Source: Bispira polyomma (Eukaryota). From it: 64,000 nt of DNA. The position numbers and the translations under genes were made by a program. The stretch's first letter is position 1; every line of letters begins with the position of its first letter. The DNA lies in contig OZ287752.1 of the NCBI GenBank assembly GCA_965649765.1, forward strand, positions 17,422,001-17,486,000, in the 5' to 3' direction. Below are positions 1-13,203 of the stretch, in pieces. Below the pieces are notes generated by a model. That model had not been told where the DNA came from. It worked only from the letters and a program-made list of their open reading frames with translations, and ran no database searches.

Positions 1-574
1 GCAATTGGTGATTAGTATCTGTAGAACTATGTTTACTACAGAAATATCAACCTAAGTACATGAAATACACATACACGTGATTTTTTGTGCATATAAAGTT
101 TTATCAAATATAAGTGTTTATATCTGTGTGCAACAGTTTCCAAATTAATCCCTTATGTGTGACACAAATTCAACACTCTTTTAGAATCAGGTACTACAAA
201 CTGTGTGTGTCAACTGCTGTAAAATATTATGGATCTCTTAGGTGGGAATTTTTGCTCTTTTTGCTGATGAACTAGAATAGTAAAAAGGTTTGGTTAAGAT
301 TTAAATTTGAAAAAAATGTACATTATTATTTTAAGTAAATTTGATAAAGAGTGAAAATGAATTCTAGGAAAAGTCCTAAAATGGTAAAGTTGTGAAAATG
401 CAGTAGCGCTAACATATCAAGTTTTACAGTATCTGTACCAGATCTGTCAGAAACCTAGCACACCAGGCATCCTAATACACTGTTTCAATTATGTCAATTC
501 TTAACTTTTTACCCATGATACAAAGAATACAACAGGGTATAATATAATACACCGCTTATTAAGACAAATGTATT

Positions 575-781
575 AGGAAAGGTCCCCATCAGGACAAGCT
601 CTCTCCAGGAAAAAGTCCCCATCAGGACAAGCCCCCATCAATAGGTTTCCCACCAGGAAAAGTCCCGACCAGGATAAGCCCCCATCAGGACAAGCTCCCA
701 TCAGGACAAGCCCCATCAGTAAGTTCCCTACCAGGACAAGCCCCCACTAGTAAATTCCCCACCAGGAAAAGTCCCCATCAG
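575..781. repeat. Minisatellite, ~17-18 bp unit (AGGACAAGCCCCCATC-like), ~12 copies
   Basis: Visible tandem reiteration of aggacaagcccccatc / aggaaaagtccccatc. Confidence 0.85.
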
Positions 782-924
782 CCTAATTGTGTGTGTGTGT
801 GTCATTAAATGACAATTATTAGTATTTTATTTTTTTAATCCATTAATATCTGAATGTAATAACCATAGATCTAAATTCTGTATATTTATCCCCCCCCCCC
901 CCCCCACACACACAGTAATCTACC

Positions 925-1126
925 CACCTTGAAGACCCTGGTTCAAATCTGGGAAGGGGGTATTAAGTGGGAAAGTTACTTGCTGATGGTCACTGGTTTC
1001 TTAGGGTAGAATCTTGATGAACTAGTATAAATACACTAGTTTTCCTCCAGCACTGAAACAGCCGGTCATGATATGACCTATTTACAATGTATTGAAAGTG
1101 ACGCTTAAATCAAAATCAAATCAAAT
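925..1126 (+). mobile_element. 5'-truncated tRNA-derived SINE (related to copies at 35454 and 43804)
   Basis: B-box ggttcaaatc at ~940, body gtgggaaagt..ctggtttc..agaatcttga..ttcctccagc..atatgaccta shared with the other copies, (AAATC)n tail. Confidence 0.65.
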
Positions 1127-1133
1127 ATGAGGG

Positions 1134-1345
1134 AAAGTTTGTCAGGGTACTTGCTGTAGAAGTTTGTCAGAGTACTTGCTGTAGAAGTTTGTCAGGGTAC
1201 TTGCTGTAGAAGTTTGTTAGGGTAGTTGTTGTAGAAGTTTGTCAGGGTACTTGTTGTAGAAGTTTGTCAGGGTACTTGCTCTAGAAATTTGTCAGGGTAC
1301 TTGTTGTAGAAGTTTGTCAGGGTATTTGCTGTAGAAGTTTGTCAT
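1134..1345. repeat. Minisatellite, 25 bp unit AAGTTTGTCAGGGTACTTGCTGTAG, ~8.5 copies
   Basis: Direct inspection. Confidence 0.95.
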
Positions 1346-2019
1346 GCCAAATGACTTGCTTTCTTTTTCAGGGATAAATGTTTGTCAACAACAACCAATA
1401 AAAGATTATAAAATAATTCTTCTCTTGATATTTATTGTAAATATAACACAGATGTTTTTTGTCAAATTGCCCTTCACTGAAGTTCACAATACACTTGGCT
1501 AAGATTGTAACATAGACGAGAATATCTGTCATTTTATGTGTTAAATGTGTTCAAATAACAACTATAGTACAACAATATTTGACCATTTTTACATTAACAC
1601 CTAGCCTGTACTGTAGAGGCTTAATGAGACACAGATAATGAAATAAAAACATTGAAAAACAATCAGGACTTCTGTCATTAATAACAATACAAAACATGTC
1701 AGCAAATATATTAGCAATAAAAAAAAGCAAACTATGACAAGTGATATTTATAATTAGAATTAGAATTATGTCTCCCAACACAAATGTCCCCGGTGATAGT
1801 TAAAACTAATAACACAATCCTCAGTAAACGTTGTTCATCCACAGCCTTCACTGTCTTTGTAAGACAAATGGGGGTTAATAAGCATGTCTGATATCAAAAC
1901 ATGCCATATATTAGAAGGTCATACATGGAAACAAGGATCACTTAAAACTTTTTCTTTCAACTTTGATCTGACCTCAATCCTTTAATGTGTATACTGCCTT
2001 AAGGTTCTGTACCTCCTAG

Positions 2020-2620
2020 ATATCTGATCAATTTTAGAGTGACCTCCCAGATCCCTGAACGATTTTATAGTGACCTCCCAGATCCCTGGTCAATTTTACA
2101 TATATCTCAATACCTGGTCAATTTTACATCCACCTTTCAGATAGGTGGTCAGTTTACAGTGACCTGTCAGATACCTGATCAATTTTACAGCAACTTCTCC
2201 AATACCAGGTTAATTTACAGTGACCTTCATGTCCCCTGGTCCATTTTACAATGACCTCCCAGATCACTGAGTGATTTTAAAGTCACATCTCAGATCCCTG
2301 ATCTGATACCTGAACCATTTTACAGTGACCTCCCAGATACCTGGTCAATTTTACAGTGACTTCTCACATACCTGGTCAATTTTACAGTCACCTCCCAGAT
2401 ACCTGGTTAATTTTAGAGTCACCTCCCAGATACCTGGTCAATTTTATAGTGACCTCCCAGATAACCGGATACATTTATAGTGACCTCCGAGATCCCTGGT
2501 CAATTTTATAGTGACCTTCCAGATCCATGGTCAATTTTACAATGACCTCCTAGATCCCTGAGCTATTTTACAGACACATCCCAGATCCAATTTACAGTCG
2601 ATGTTATAGTCACCTCCCAC
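2020..2620. repeat. Minisatellite, 31 bp unit TTTACAGTGACCTCCCAGATACCTGGTCAAT, ~19 degenerate copies
   Basis: Direct inspection. Confidence 0.9.
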
Positions 2621-3204
2621 TGGTTGATAGGAGATGTTTGAAGGAAGAAGTATACCAAAAAACAGATACATAAAAAGAGCTTTCTAGTGATACCAAAATG
2701 GACATTTAAGGTGAAGTATTCAAACATACATTTTTCAAAAAATTTGCATTTCCAGGTGGATACATTTTTCAAAAAATTTGCATTTCCGGGGGAGGCCAAG
2801 GAGCTCCTAGGATTAGTAGGTAATGCCACAAATTTGTATGCCATTTTGGAAAGTGAGGCATTTTGATTGACAGATGAGTGAGACACGACCAGAAGCAGCA
2901 ATATTCGCGGATTTGTTTTTGGAATCGATCCCCAAAAACACCTTGGAGCACAAGAGCCCAATCTCTATACCCGATGCAAATTTCTGACCATAGCTCCTTA
3001 CCAGTTCCGAGAGGTACTTGTTAACACATCAAAAATGTAACAGCACAGGTTAAATTTTCAGAATGTATTGTATCTGTTTATATAACTTGAGGTTTTGCGG
3101 CCATTTTATGTACATGTTATCAAAACACCAGTAGCAATATTACTTTTGATCGGCAATTATTTTTGTCTCGATACTGGGATACCGGTAGTACCAACCCACC
3201 CCAT

Positions 3205-4170
3205 AGTGGTATTGCAAATGTGTGGGAGCAATAATAAGTGTGAGATGGGCACTTTAAGTTTATACAACTTGCATTTGACTTTAAAGATGAAGTTTGACTT
3301 TTTTAAGGTGAAGTCTGACTAGATCCAAATATTTGCAGCCATTGGTTTCCTACAGGTTGGAATCTAAAATTGCAAACCTTTCAGAGCAATAAAAGTAAGA
3401 TATGGTCAGTTTTAAGTTTGGTATGACCAAAAATAAGTGAGATATAGGCACCATATATAGCCATCCATGCTTGACTTTGAAGGAGAGGCCCAAGATCAAA
3501 TGTGAGCACATCAAAAGATTCCCTGCCACATCAAATGATTCCCAGTCCATGATTTCCTATATGTTAGTTTTACATCCAAAACCTGTTTGACCAAAACTGA
3601 ATAAGATATAGGCACTTTTAAGTTTGACCATACCTGTTTGACCTTGAAAGAGAAGCCCAAGGTCAAATTTGAAAACAGCAAAAGATTCCCAGCCCATGAT
3701 TTTCTATAGCTTACTTTCACACCCTAAACCTGTTTGACCAATAATAAGCAAGATATATGCACTTTTAAGTTTGGCCATCCCTGTTTGACCTTGAAGGAGA
3801 GGTCTAAGGTCAAATGTGAGCACATCAAAAGATTCCCTGCCATATCAAAAGATTCTTAGTCCATGATTTCCTATAGGTTGGTTTTATATGCAAAACCTAT
3901 TTGACCAAAAATGAACGAGATATAGGCACTTTTAAGTTTCGCCATTCCTGTTTGACATTGAAGGAGAGGCCCGAGGTCAAATTTGAACACAGCAAAAGAT
4001 TCACACCCTATGATTTCCTATAGCTTGCTTTCACACCCTAAACATGTTTGACTAATAATAAGCAATATTAGGAGAGGGCCCAGTTCATGGTTTCCTATAG
4101 TTTGGTTCACATGCACAAGCTGTTTCACCAATAATAAGCAAGTTATAGACACTTTTAAGTTTAGCCAAAA
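3205..4170. repeat. Dispersed satellite-like array, ~145-165 bp unit containing inverted repeat TTTGACCTTG-N11-CAAGGTCAAA
   Basis: Reiterated atagGCACTTTTAAGTTT..TTTGACCTTG..AAGGTCAAA..AAAAGATTCCC..CCATGATTTCCTATAG; same family at 23255-23870. Confidence 0.85.
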
Positions 4171-4621
4171 TAGATCACTTCGGGTACTTTTGCACTTTTG
4201 CAGGCATTATAAACGCATACATATGCAGTAAACATATCACCCTTAAAGAGCTTCACCCTTCTACAGCAGAGAAACAGACACAGTTTGTCAGTACAAAAAG
4301 CCTGATTATTTTTAAAGAAACGCCCGTAACACCCATCTTGTTTTAGACAATGAGGCCAAAATTAAAGCCTCCCAGGCAAGCTTTTGTAATAAAAACATTC
4401 CCTGTAAATTGCAGGAGCCTAGGTGTAAATTTTTTTTCAGGAGAGCAGTAATGGTAAAATCTCTACACACACTGACATGGCATAACAAAGCATAATCCAA
4501 TATAACAACAGGAGTTTTCTGGTGGATACAATAAAAACAAATAAATATAAAAAGTACAAACTACATATTTTTGAAAAACTTGCACTCGTGCATCAATTGG
4601 GATCTCAGTGCTTCTATAAGT

Positions 4622-4623
<2 letters not shown>

Positions 4624-4668
<45 letters not shown>
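4624..4668. repeat. (TA)n microsatellite
   Basis: Pure TA run. Confidence 0.98.
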
Positions 4669-4670
<2 letters not shown>

Positions 4671-4715
4671 AAGCTGTATCTACTGTACATACAGATTAAA
4701 TGGCCTTACAGACAG

Positions 4716-4905
4716 CCGACTACACAACACTACAACAAAAAGCAATCTCAGTCTGCTGCCGGCATAACACTCGACTACTCTACACGACACTACAACAAAA
4801 AGCAATCTCAGACTGCTGCTGGCACAACACTCGACTACTCCACACGATACTACAACAAAAAGCAATCTCAGACTGCTGCCGGCATAACACTCGACTACAC
4901 GACAC
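4716..4905. repeat. 60 bp tandem repeat, ~3 copies
   Basis: tacaacaaaaagcaatctcag at 4731, 4791, 4851. Confidence 0.95.
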
Positions 4906-5479
4906 CGCACATCAATTGGATTTGGTAATATCTCTAAAATGACGGTGTGTCGTTAGGTTACCCAACAGGTAATATGTAGCACAATTTTAAAATGGACATC
5001 ATAGTGATGTAGTACCGCCATTTTCTTTACTCCCTATTCTGTTTGCTTATGCTTTCATCTCAGCAACATCATTATGACGTGGTCTTGGTTACCCCAAACG
5101 ACCAGTTAAAAACCAGGAAGTAAAGAGGGGTACTCATATTTAAACTCAAGTATCTTAGCCGTTGCTTAAGGGTTTTGATGCACAAGACACAGTCTTACAA
5201 AAAGGCACAGTAATTGAAATAAAACAATTCAACCTTTTTCATCATGTTGTCATGAAATATTTATCTTCAGTAATTCCTTTGTTATATCGTATTGAATATG
5301 AACAGTACTATCGTGCCGTGTTGTTCCCTATGGTTTCGTGTAGACAGCAGTGTACACAGGCTTTTACACACAACTATAATAACACACACTAGACCCTCTG
5401 GTATCTGTACCTTGTGAGGGAGACAAACATTTCAATGTGCATAACATACACACGTTTTACTGCTGTACCAACAAAGGAA

Positions 5480-6050
5480 CCAGTCACTTTGGACAGAAGA
5501 AACTCAGTTCTAAAATCAAATATTTCAAATAGTCATAGTTTCGTTAATACACATATGCCTAGTTTCTACAGGCGTGTACACGTTGATTCTAAAGCAAACA
5601 AGTCCTTAAATATTAAATATAGAGATACAGCTTTTACAACACCAAATTCTATAAATAGAAATCAATGATCCATCTATATTCAAACAACAACAAATAAACC
5701 ATTCTTATTAGTATGTAACATGACATTTTCTTTACAATAGAGCCTCTGATATTAAAATATCCTGGCATAAAAACTTTGGTTCACATAATATAAAATTCAT
5801 CGAAAAAATAAGAGGACATTTAACCAATCACTTTGTACAGAAGAAAGTCGGTTCTAAAATCAATTATTTTAAATAGTCATTGTTTGGTTAATACAGATTT
5901 GTCTACCTTCTAGAGTTGTGTACAAAAAATATTATACATAAAGATGTAGTTTTCACTACACCCAATTCTATGAATAGAAATCAATTTTACAATTACCATT
6001 CTAATTAGTATGTATGATGACATTTTGTTACAGTAGAACCTCTCATATTC
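5480..6050. repeat. Diverged local tandem duplication (~345 bp period)
   Basis: tcacttt..cagaagaaa..gttctaaaatcaa..aatagtcat at ~5485 and ~5829; aatagaaatcaat and tagtatgta..tgacatttt in both copies. Confidence 0.7.
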
Positions 6051-6099
6051 ACTGTGCATAAACTTCTAATCTTTCTACAGTTCTTTAACCTGACTACTG

Positions 6100-6239
6100 G
6101 GCCCATATTCACGAAGAGACTTAGCCAAGTCTTAGGCTTAAATCAGTATACTTTTGGGCTAGATTTAGGCCTAAGACTTGGCTAAAGTATGCAAGATTAA
6201 GGCCTAAGACTTGGCTATATCCCTTGGTGAATACGGGCC
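6100..6239. mobile_element. Fold-back MITE, PIF/Harbinger-like (GGCCC..TATTCAC TIR), with internal ~33 bp duplication
   Basis: Ends ggcccatattcacgaag / cttggtgaatacgggcc, flanks CTG and CAG; second copy at 51280-51386. Confidence 0.8.
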
Positions 6240-6410
6240 CAGGGGGGATAGCACTCAATGATAGGGGACCGCTATTTGTGGTGTGGGGGTATTGCAATGC
6301 ATTGACCAACTGTTCATATTTTGACAGCTGCCTTAAAATATAACGGAGCCCGAGCGATTTGCAGTTTTGGAAAAGCAGAACTCGACACACAGACTCATGT
6401 AAGTGGACAC

Positions 6411-6972
6411 AACAAAACCCTGGCACTATGTCAGTGCAAAGATGGCAGCTGATGAAACGATAGACAAAACCCATGGCAATATGTCAGTAGTGTTAATATG
6501 GTGCCTGATGAAACGACAGACAAAACCCACAACAATATGTCAGTGTAAAGATGGCGGATGATGAAACGATAGACAAAACCCATGGCAATATGTCAGTAGT
6601 ATAAAGGTGGCGGCTGATGAAATGACAGACAAAACCATGACAATATTTCAGTTTTAGGATGTGCAACTGATTAAACGATAGATAAAACCCATGGCAATAT
6701 GTCAGTTTTAGGATAGTGGCTGATTAAACGATAGACAAAACCCATGACAATATGTCAGTTTTAGGATGGCAGCTGATTAAACGATAGACAAAATCCATGG
6801 CAATATGTCAGTTTTAGGATGGCAGCTTATTAAACAATAGACAAAACCGATGACAATATGTCAGTGTTTGGATGGCGGCTGATTAAATGACACAGAAAAC
6901 CCTAACAATATGTCAGTGTTTGGATGGCGGCTGATAAAACGACAGACAAAACCCATGACAATATACCAGTGT
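6411..6972. repeat. Minisatellite, ~53 bp unit (ACAAAACCCATGGCAATATGTCAGT...GATGGCAGCTGATTAAACGATAG), ~10 copies
   Basis: Direct inspection. Confidence 0.92.
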
Positions 6973-8174
6973 CTTAAACAAGATCAGAATGGTGATTGCT
7001 GTATGGATGTACGTATACGTGGACTCTTTATCACAAAAATATGAACCACCTAGCTATATAAGGTCAATGTCTTCTATTTTCACTCATCAGCGAATATCTT
7101 ATAAAATGTTACATAAATTTATTTTTATATAATCCTAATAGAGTTAGTTAGCTGACATATTTTACTGCATATTCTGAGGGACCTTCAAAATATATAAGCA
7201 ATCATTTCCAAATCCACTATTAATATGTTTGTTCTATTGTCAGCTGTTATAGCTCACGAAACAACCTTCACTCAAAACGAGACTGGGTAAGCAAGGAAGA
7301 AACGGCCCATTTCAAAATATGTGCACTGTTCACGTTTAGAGATGTATGTATAATTTATTTTATGCTAAAGCGTTTATTTGACGAAAGTTATTTGTCCATC
7401 CAATTTATTGATTACTCAGTAATTTTTTTTAAACCTTAAAGTTCATAAAGCGAACCGTAAAAAATATTTGCATAATAGACAGATCTTGAACACCTAAAAG
7501 TGACGTCATACTTCAAAACGAGGCTGTGTAGAAAAACATGTGTAATCTATTAAAGGGAAAATGCATCAATAATTATTGTATGAATCGTTTTATAAAATGT
7601 TTTTTTTTAACCTACGAGATACCTATTTGAATAAGATATCCGCGAGCAAAAGAAAATTCTACACAAATTCTTCAGCGCCAAAGTGCCAATCTTACCATTA
7701 CACTAGCAAGCCTACATTAGAAGTATAACCAGAATATAAATAGATATGTACACATTCATGATATTCCGACAAGGGTTAAAGCTATCTCGTAAAATTTTGT
7801 TATACTATCTCGTTTTTCTGATTGGCCAGTGTATATAGATATGGACGTTCATGTTTTTTTCAAAAATATATAGGAAATTAAAATTGTTTTGTTTTTTTTC
7901 AAGCTTGCTATAAACACACCCACAGACTATTGTGGAAAGTAAAACAACATGACTTTTAAATTTAAAAACTATGTTTGATATGAACTGCAATATCTGTGTA
8001 CAGCAAAAAAAATCGTTCTGAATTTGAATATGATTCATCCGCAATAGTTACAACACACTGTACTACAATTACTAAATACTGGCTCTAGTACTTCCTGAGA
8101 TTAGCTTGTAGACACACAAACTTTACATAAATCCCAAGAACCCATAATATTTCCAAAAGTACTACAGGTATTGT

Positions 8175-8455
8175 ATGCTGTAACCTTAAAGTCATCATAA
8201 AATTTTAACTCTTGGGAGTTTAAGGTCACCATACAATAGGGTTCCTCTTCTGGTCCATATACATCTGTGTACCAAATATGAATGAAATCTATCAAGCATT
8301 TTTGGAGTTAGCGTCCGGAATGACTGAAACATGCTGTAACCTTAAAGTCGTCATAAAATTTTGACTCTTAGGAGTTTAAGGTCACCATAAAATAGGGTTC
8401 CTCCTCAGGTCCATATACATCTGTGTACTAAAGCGATTTTGGAGTTAAAGTCCAG
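8175..8455. repeat. ~155 bp tandem duplication (2 copies, second internally deleted)
   Basis: tgctgtaaccttaaagtc..tcataaaatttt..aaggtcaccata..aatagggttcctc..ggtccatatacatctgtgtac twice. Confidence 0.85.
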
Positions 8456-8749
8456 AAACTCCATAACAGTATCTACCGGTCTAAAATTAATAACATGTTG
8501 ACTCATTGGCAAAACACCAAAGAACACATTTTTTCTATATTGTCCGATTGACAATCAGTCAAGTAGCACCTGATTGATCTACAAAGTTAAAGACGTTCAT
8601 GCATTTCTTTTTTACAATTTGTATGTAAAATTTTATTGAACTGCGATAAGTAATTCAAATAAAAGTTAATAAAACGGAAAGATAGAGCCAAATAGATCTA
8701 CCTACTAATTTCTGACATAGTTAGAAATTACCCATTTTTGGTATTTACA

Positions 8750-9090
8750 TAAAAAATCAATCGGCTGTTAATCAGTCAGTTACCATCCAATTAAACATTA
8801 CAGTGCCTCCCAACCAGATATTTGTCTTACCAATGTTCATGCCAAATTTTGTTAAGCCATTGCATATTCTTTCTGAGATAACGCAGTGACTAGCACTTTT
8901 AGAACCCCAGGATAATCCTTGATCATGTGACCTTGATGTAGGTCAAAGTTTAAATCAAAGTAAAAACATGTCCCACAACTGGTTAAGATAACTGCCAAAA
9001 TAATTTTCATAATATTAAAGGAGAGTTTTAAGGAAAACCATGTGACGTCAGTGTGAAAACCAGATATAAAACAAATAAGCACCCTTTTCA
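8750..9090 (+). repeat. Interspersed repeat, unclassified; homologous to ~23980-24275
   Basis: Shared collinear blocks aaaatcaatcgg, catccaattaa, cttaccaa, catgccaaatttt, ctggttaagataactg, attaaaggaga. Confidence 0.65.
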
Positions 9091-9294
9091 AGGGATGTTT
9101 AACAACATACAGGGAATGTACTAAAATACATAGTATTAAAGGAGATATTAAAGTGAGACCGTATGACGTTAGTGTGAAAACCGGATATAAAATTTTTCAA
9201 GAGACGCTTAACAAGATTCAGGGAATGTACTGAAATACATTGCAAATATCCATGCCAGTAAAAGGCGGGAGTTAATTGCATGTTAATATAAAAC

Positions 9295-9645
9295 AGTGTA
9301 CCAAATCTGTACAGCACACTGACAGCAGTACTGAAGTTGGTGGTCGTGGGGGGTCAAACTAAAAGGTTGATAAGTAACCAATACTGTACTAAAACTGTAC
9401 AGCACACAGACATCAGTACATTTGAGGTGGTGGTTGTAGATATCAAACTAAAATGTTGACAAGTAACCAATGATGTACTAAAACTGTACAGCACACTGGC
9501 AGCAGTACATTGGAAGTGATGGTTTTAGAGGAGGTCAAACTAAAAGGTTGACTAGTAACCAATGATGTACTAAAACTGTACAGCACACAGATACCAGCAG
9601 TAGACAGCAGTGGTGGTTGTGGAAGAGGTCAAACTAAAAGGGTTG
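9295..9645. repeat. ~89 bp tandem repeat, 4 copies
   Basis: tgtactaaaactgtacagcacac..ggtcaaactaaaag reiterated. Confidence 0.85.
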
Positions 9646-10372
9646 TAACAATGTACAGAAGATAAGCCACATATAGTGTCTGATATTTAGGACAACTAAA
9701 GATTTGTAACAATGTACAGGAGATAAGCCACACATAGTGTCTGATATTTAGGTCACATGTGTAAAGGCGTATGAGCAAAAATGTATCATCAGCTTCACTA
9801 ATTCAGTGAAATGTGGATAAATGACAGGAAACAACTAGTAGTAAGACAGAATACACACACACTATAGAGTAGGACTCAGTGTATCATCTATCAGTGGTGA
9901 GACAGAATACACACACACTATAGAGTAGGACTCAGTGTATTATCTACTCAGGTCACCAGTTTCTCTGTCAAACACTAGCTGTATAAGATGTCACATTGTA
10001 TTGAGACAACCATAAACAGAAGAGTAACTAGATGAAAAACTAACTATTCACGTTTTTGTGGGGTATGTTGTGAAGAAATCAACACAATGTCATACCTCAA
10101 TAAAGGAGCAGGTTTAGAACCCCCAAAAAACATTGCTCTAAGAAAAACAGTTTGAAGCAATACCAAAGGCATGTGAATCCATTAGGGAAATATTTAATAA
10201 TAGTGGGGGATTGACTTCAGAGAAAAATATAAATAAATGGCAATGGGTGCGGATGTGTCCAGGTGGGTGTGTGTGTGTATGTCTGTGTAGGTGTGGCTTG
10301 GTGTGTGTGTGTGAGTGTAATGGTCAGATGTAATTAACTATTTGGTTTGCCTCCCTGTATGACAGTTTACAC

Positions 10373-13180
10373 TCAGCCATATAAAACTTCCACCACACTG
10401 TCTTTTAGTTTTACTTTCAAGTGTTCTGGGAGTTTATCATCCCCTCTATCCACCACCAGAGTGCTGAGTTTGCCATGTGTACACACCGCATCCACAAATT
10501 CCTCTTGTGACTGGTGTATTTGTTCATACCCCACCTTCAGTGTACGGAGTTGTGAGAGATGTTTTAATGTGTGAATTACCACTCTGTCTGTACAGTCTGA
10601 CTGGCCTGTATAACCTGTTCCCAGTGTCAGTGTGCGTAGGTGTTCCATTGCCCCCAGTAACACACACACAGGTTCTACCTGGTCCTGGTGTACATACAAG
10701 TAATACACATCCAGTGAGTAGAGGTTTGTTAATCCACCCACACACTCCACCAGTACTGCCCCTGTACAGTCTGACTTATCGACATAGTTCATACTAAGAC
10801 TCAATGTTTTAAGCTGTGTGAGAGCCTTCAGTCTTTTTCCTATCTGAGGGGTATGTCCTGGTGTACACAGACTTCACGTAGTCTACACTTCTGTAGTGTG
10901 GGAGAGCAGTCCTCTAACACATCACACAGAGCTACACCAGGACGTGCTCCACTGGAAAGGTAGCTCAAGTCATCCTCCAAATATAGATACTCTAAGTGTA
11001 GTATCCCCCTCAGTACGTTTGGGGGTGTACACAGTATACTGACATGGTGTAATTCTAAACTTTTTAGACTGGACTGTTCTAACAGTCTCTCTACATGACT
11101 TTCTGGTAAAATAGTGTGTTGCGTGTAGGTTGTGCGTAGTGTAACACTGGTAAGTGCAGTGCTGTATTCACGGTTTAACTTAAGATTACTGGTGTAAGGA
11201 GTGTAGGGCAAACCTCTTACATCTAACTCCTGGATGTCAGGGAATGTCCCCAGTTGGCCAGGGATGTCCACATACACAGAAGTACCATGGGAACCACCCG
11301 CACTGATAGAATGTATACCTGGTATACACACACCACTCAGTAACTCGGCCTGGAGCTGATTCAGACAGAGTTTGATGCCATCAGACCCTGGAGAGGACAC
11401 GCCCCCCTCTGTCTGTTGTTTGTACTCGTGACCCTGTACACTGGACACTGGGATAAGGTGTATATTATAAAGGCTGGACAAAAGTTTAACTGAATAGTCT
11501 ACTTTAAACAGTACCGTGAGTTTACGGAGACATTTCTGGTAAAAAACTCAAGTTTCCTGATTTTGCAAGTAAAAAATTAAACTCACCACCTTTTTTAGGT
11601 GAACACTGGATCAAGTAATCTGTCAGTTGCTGGTAGCCTGTCTGCGAGTTTCCTGGGTTTTGTTCACTAAACAGAGCCGCCTCATAGTACACATCAATCT
11701 GTCTATTTTCACCCTTCATCAAAGAGAAGTGAGTGGCAGCTGTAGTGAGAAGAGATGTAAAGAATGTGGCTGACAAACCACAGGCAAACCGTATCACTTT
11801 TATGAGGTTTACATGACTGATGACGTCAGCCAAACACTTACCTTTGTTCTCTTCACTACAGAGCCACCTTTGCATAGAATTATCTTTAGTGTACCTTTGA
11901 ATAGAATTATCTTCAGTCCCTGTGTATGCCAAGTAAATGGCCGCCAAGTATTCCTGGAGCTGTTTGTGCCTAAAGAAAAAGATAATATTTGAGGCAGAAG
12001 TACCCAGAGTGAACAGTCCACTGTCCGCGATGTCTTTCTTGTCCAACAGAAACTCTTTAGCTTGAGTTTCTATGAACTGGTAGTCACTGCTGGGTTTAAT
12101 TAAGTCCATGTAGGACAGTTTACCCATGTAGCTCAGGCTTCTCTTTATAAAACTGGGCACAGAACTATCTGGATCCAGTGGACTGTTAGTAAAGCTGACA
12201 CTGGGCTCTACCTTAGGAGACGTTCTATGCAGCCATCTAGCAATGATAACTTGCATGAAACAATTAAAAATCTGGGTCATGGTTTCGGGAATCCTGAATT
12301 GAGAACATTTGAGGCCTTTGGCTATGTGTGCCTTTAACACGGCACAGAGCAGGGTAAGATAGAGTGGAACAAGAAGGAGTGACTTGTCAGTCAACTTCTC
12401 CTGGTATTTACTTTGGAAGTCTGTCCACTCATCATTAGAGGACACAGCATCCTGCAAGTACTGATCTACTGTGGTCTGATCTGTACCAGACAGAGACACT
12501 TTCACCCTCGGCAAGACAGCCAGTGATTGAAGACATGTGGCCTCAGGCCTGGCTGTCATTAAGACAGTAGAGCCAGAGAATATCTTACCTGTAATCAGGT
12601 CCATCATGCTCTCAGTAATGTCTGCCTCATCGGCGCCATCAAGTATAAAAAGAATATCCTTGGAATACTTGCTTAAGTTTTGAGATTGTTCTTGCTCTAA
12701 AGTGGGTGGTAAGAGTTTTAAATCTGCAAGAACCTCAACAATTGAACCTTGCTTAACATTTCTAATTAAAATAAAGAAGACAAGTTTAGTCAGATAGACT
12801 ACCTTTACCAGTGGCCCAGCACCAAGCCACGTTTTGGGCTGCCGTAGTTTTACCCACACCAGGGTCCCCTATCAGAGTGACAAGATTGGGCTGTAAGTTA
12901 TTTACCTTGACCTTAATATCATCTACAACATGATCAAACACACCTTCTAACTCAGAAACACTAAGGATATCATACAGCACATTTTTATCATCCAGTTCTT
13001 GATTATGACTTATATACTCTCTAACCTCACGGGATTCGAGGTCCACTTTATTTTTAGCTGAGAAATCTGGTGTCATCATCTTAGACTGGTCACTCATGTC
13101 TACAGAGAACTTTTCCCCGGGGACAGGCTGCAGACGGGACAGGGGTTTCTTGTAGTTGTCCTTCAAGTGATCCTGTAAGC
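10373..13180 (-). pseudogene. NLR (NOD-like receptor) NACHT + LRR coding exon, disrupted by three frameshifts (~12788, ~11543, ~10849)
   Basis: Walker A GDPGVGKT, KLVFFILIR, Walker B ILFILDGADE, sensor VLMTARP, VPLYLTLLC, winged-helix FRHKQLQEYLAAIY; C-terminal LxxLxxLxL repeats (LKALTQLKTLSL, LTNLYSLDV, MEHLRTLTL, LSQLRTLKV); acceptor gttccag at 13181-13187; four successive ORFs join by indels of 1-2 nt. Confidence 0.9.
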
Positions 13181-13203
13181 CTGGAACAACACAAATAAAG
13201 CCA

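Noticed and set aside
10477-10797. Antisense and overlapping ORFs over the LRR region, and most other short ORFs in the track
   Set aside because: Shadow frames of real exons, repeats or TE remnants; no motifs or splice support
11537-11587. Possible micro-intron (GTGAGT..AG) rescuing the second NLR frameshift
   Set aside because: Candidate introns are 30 or 51 nt, multiples of 3, so they do not restore the frame
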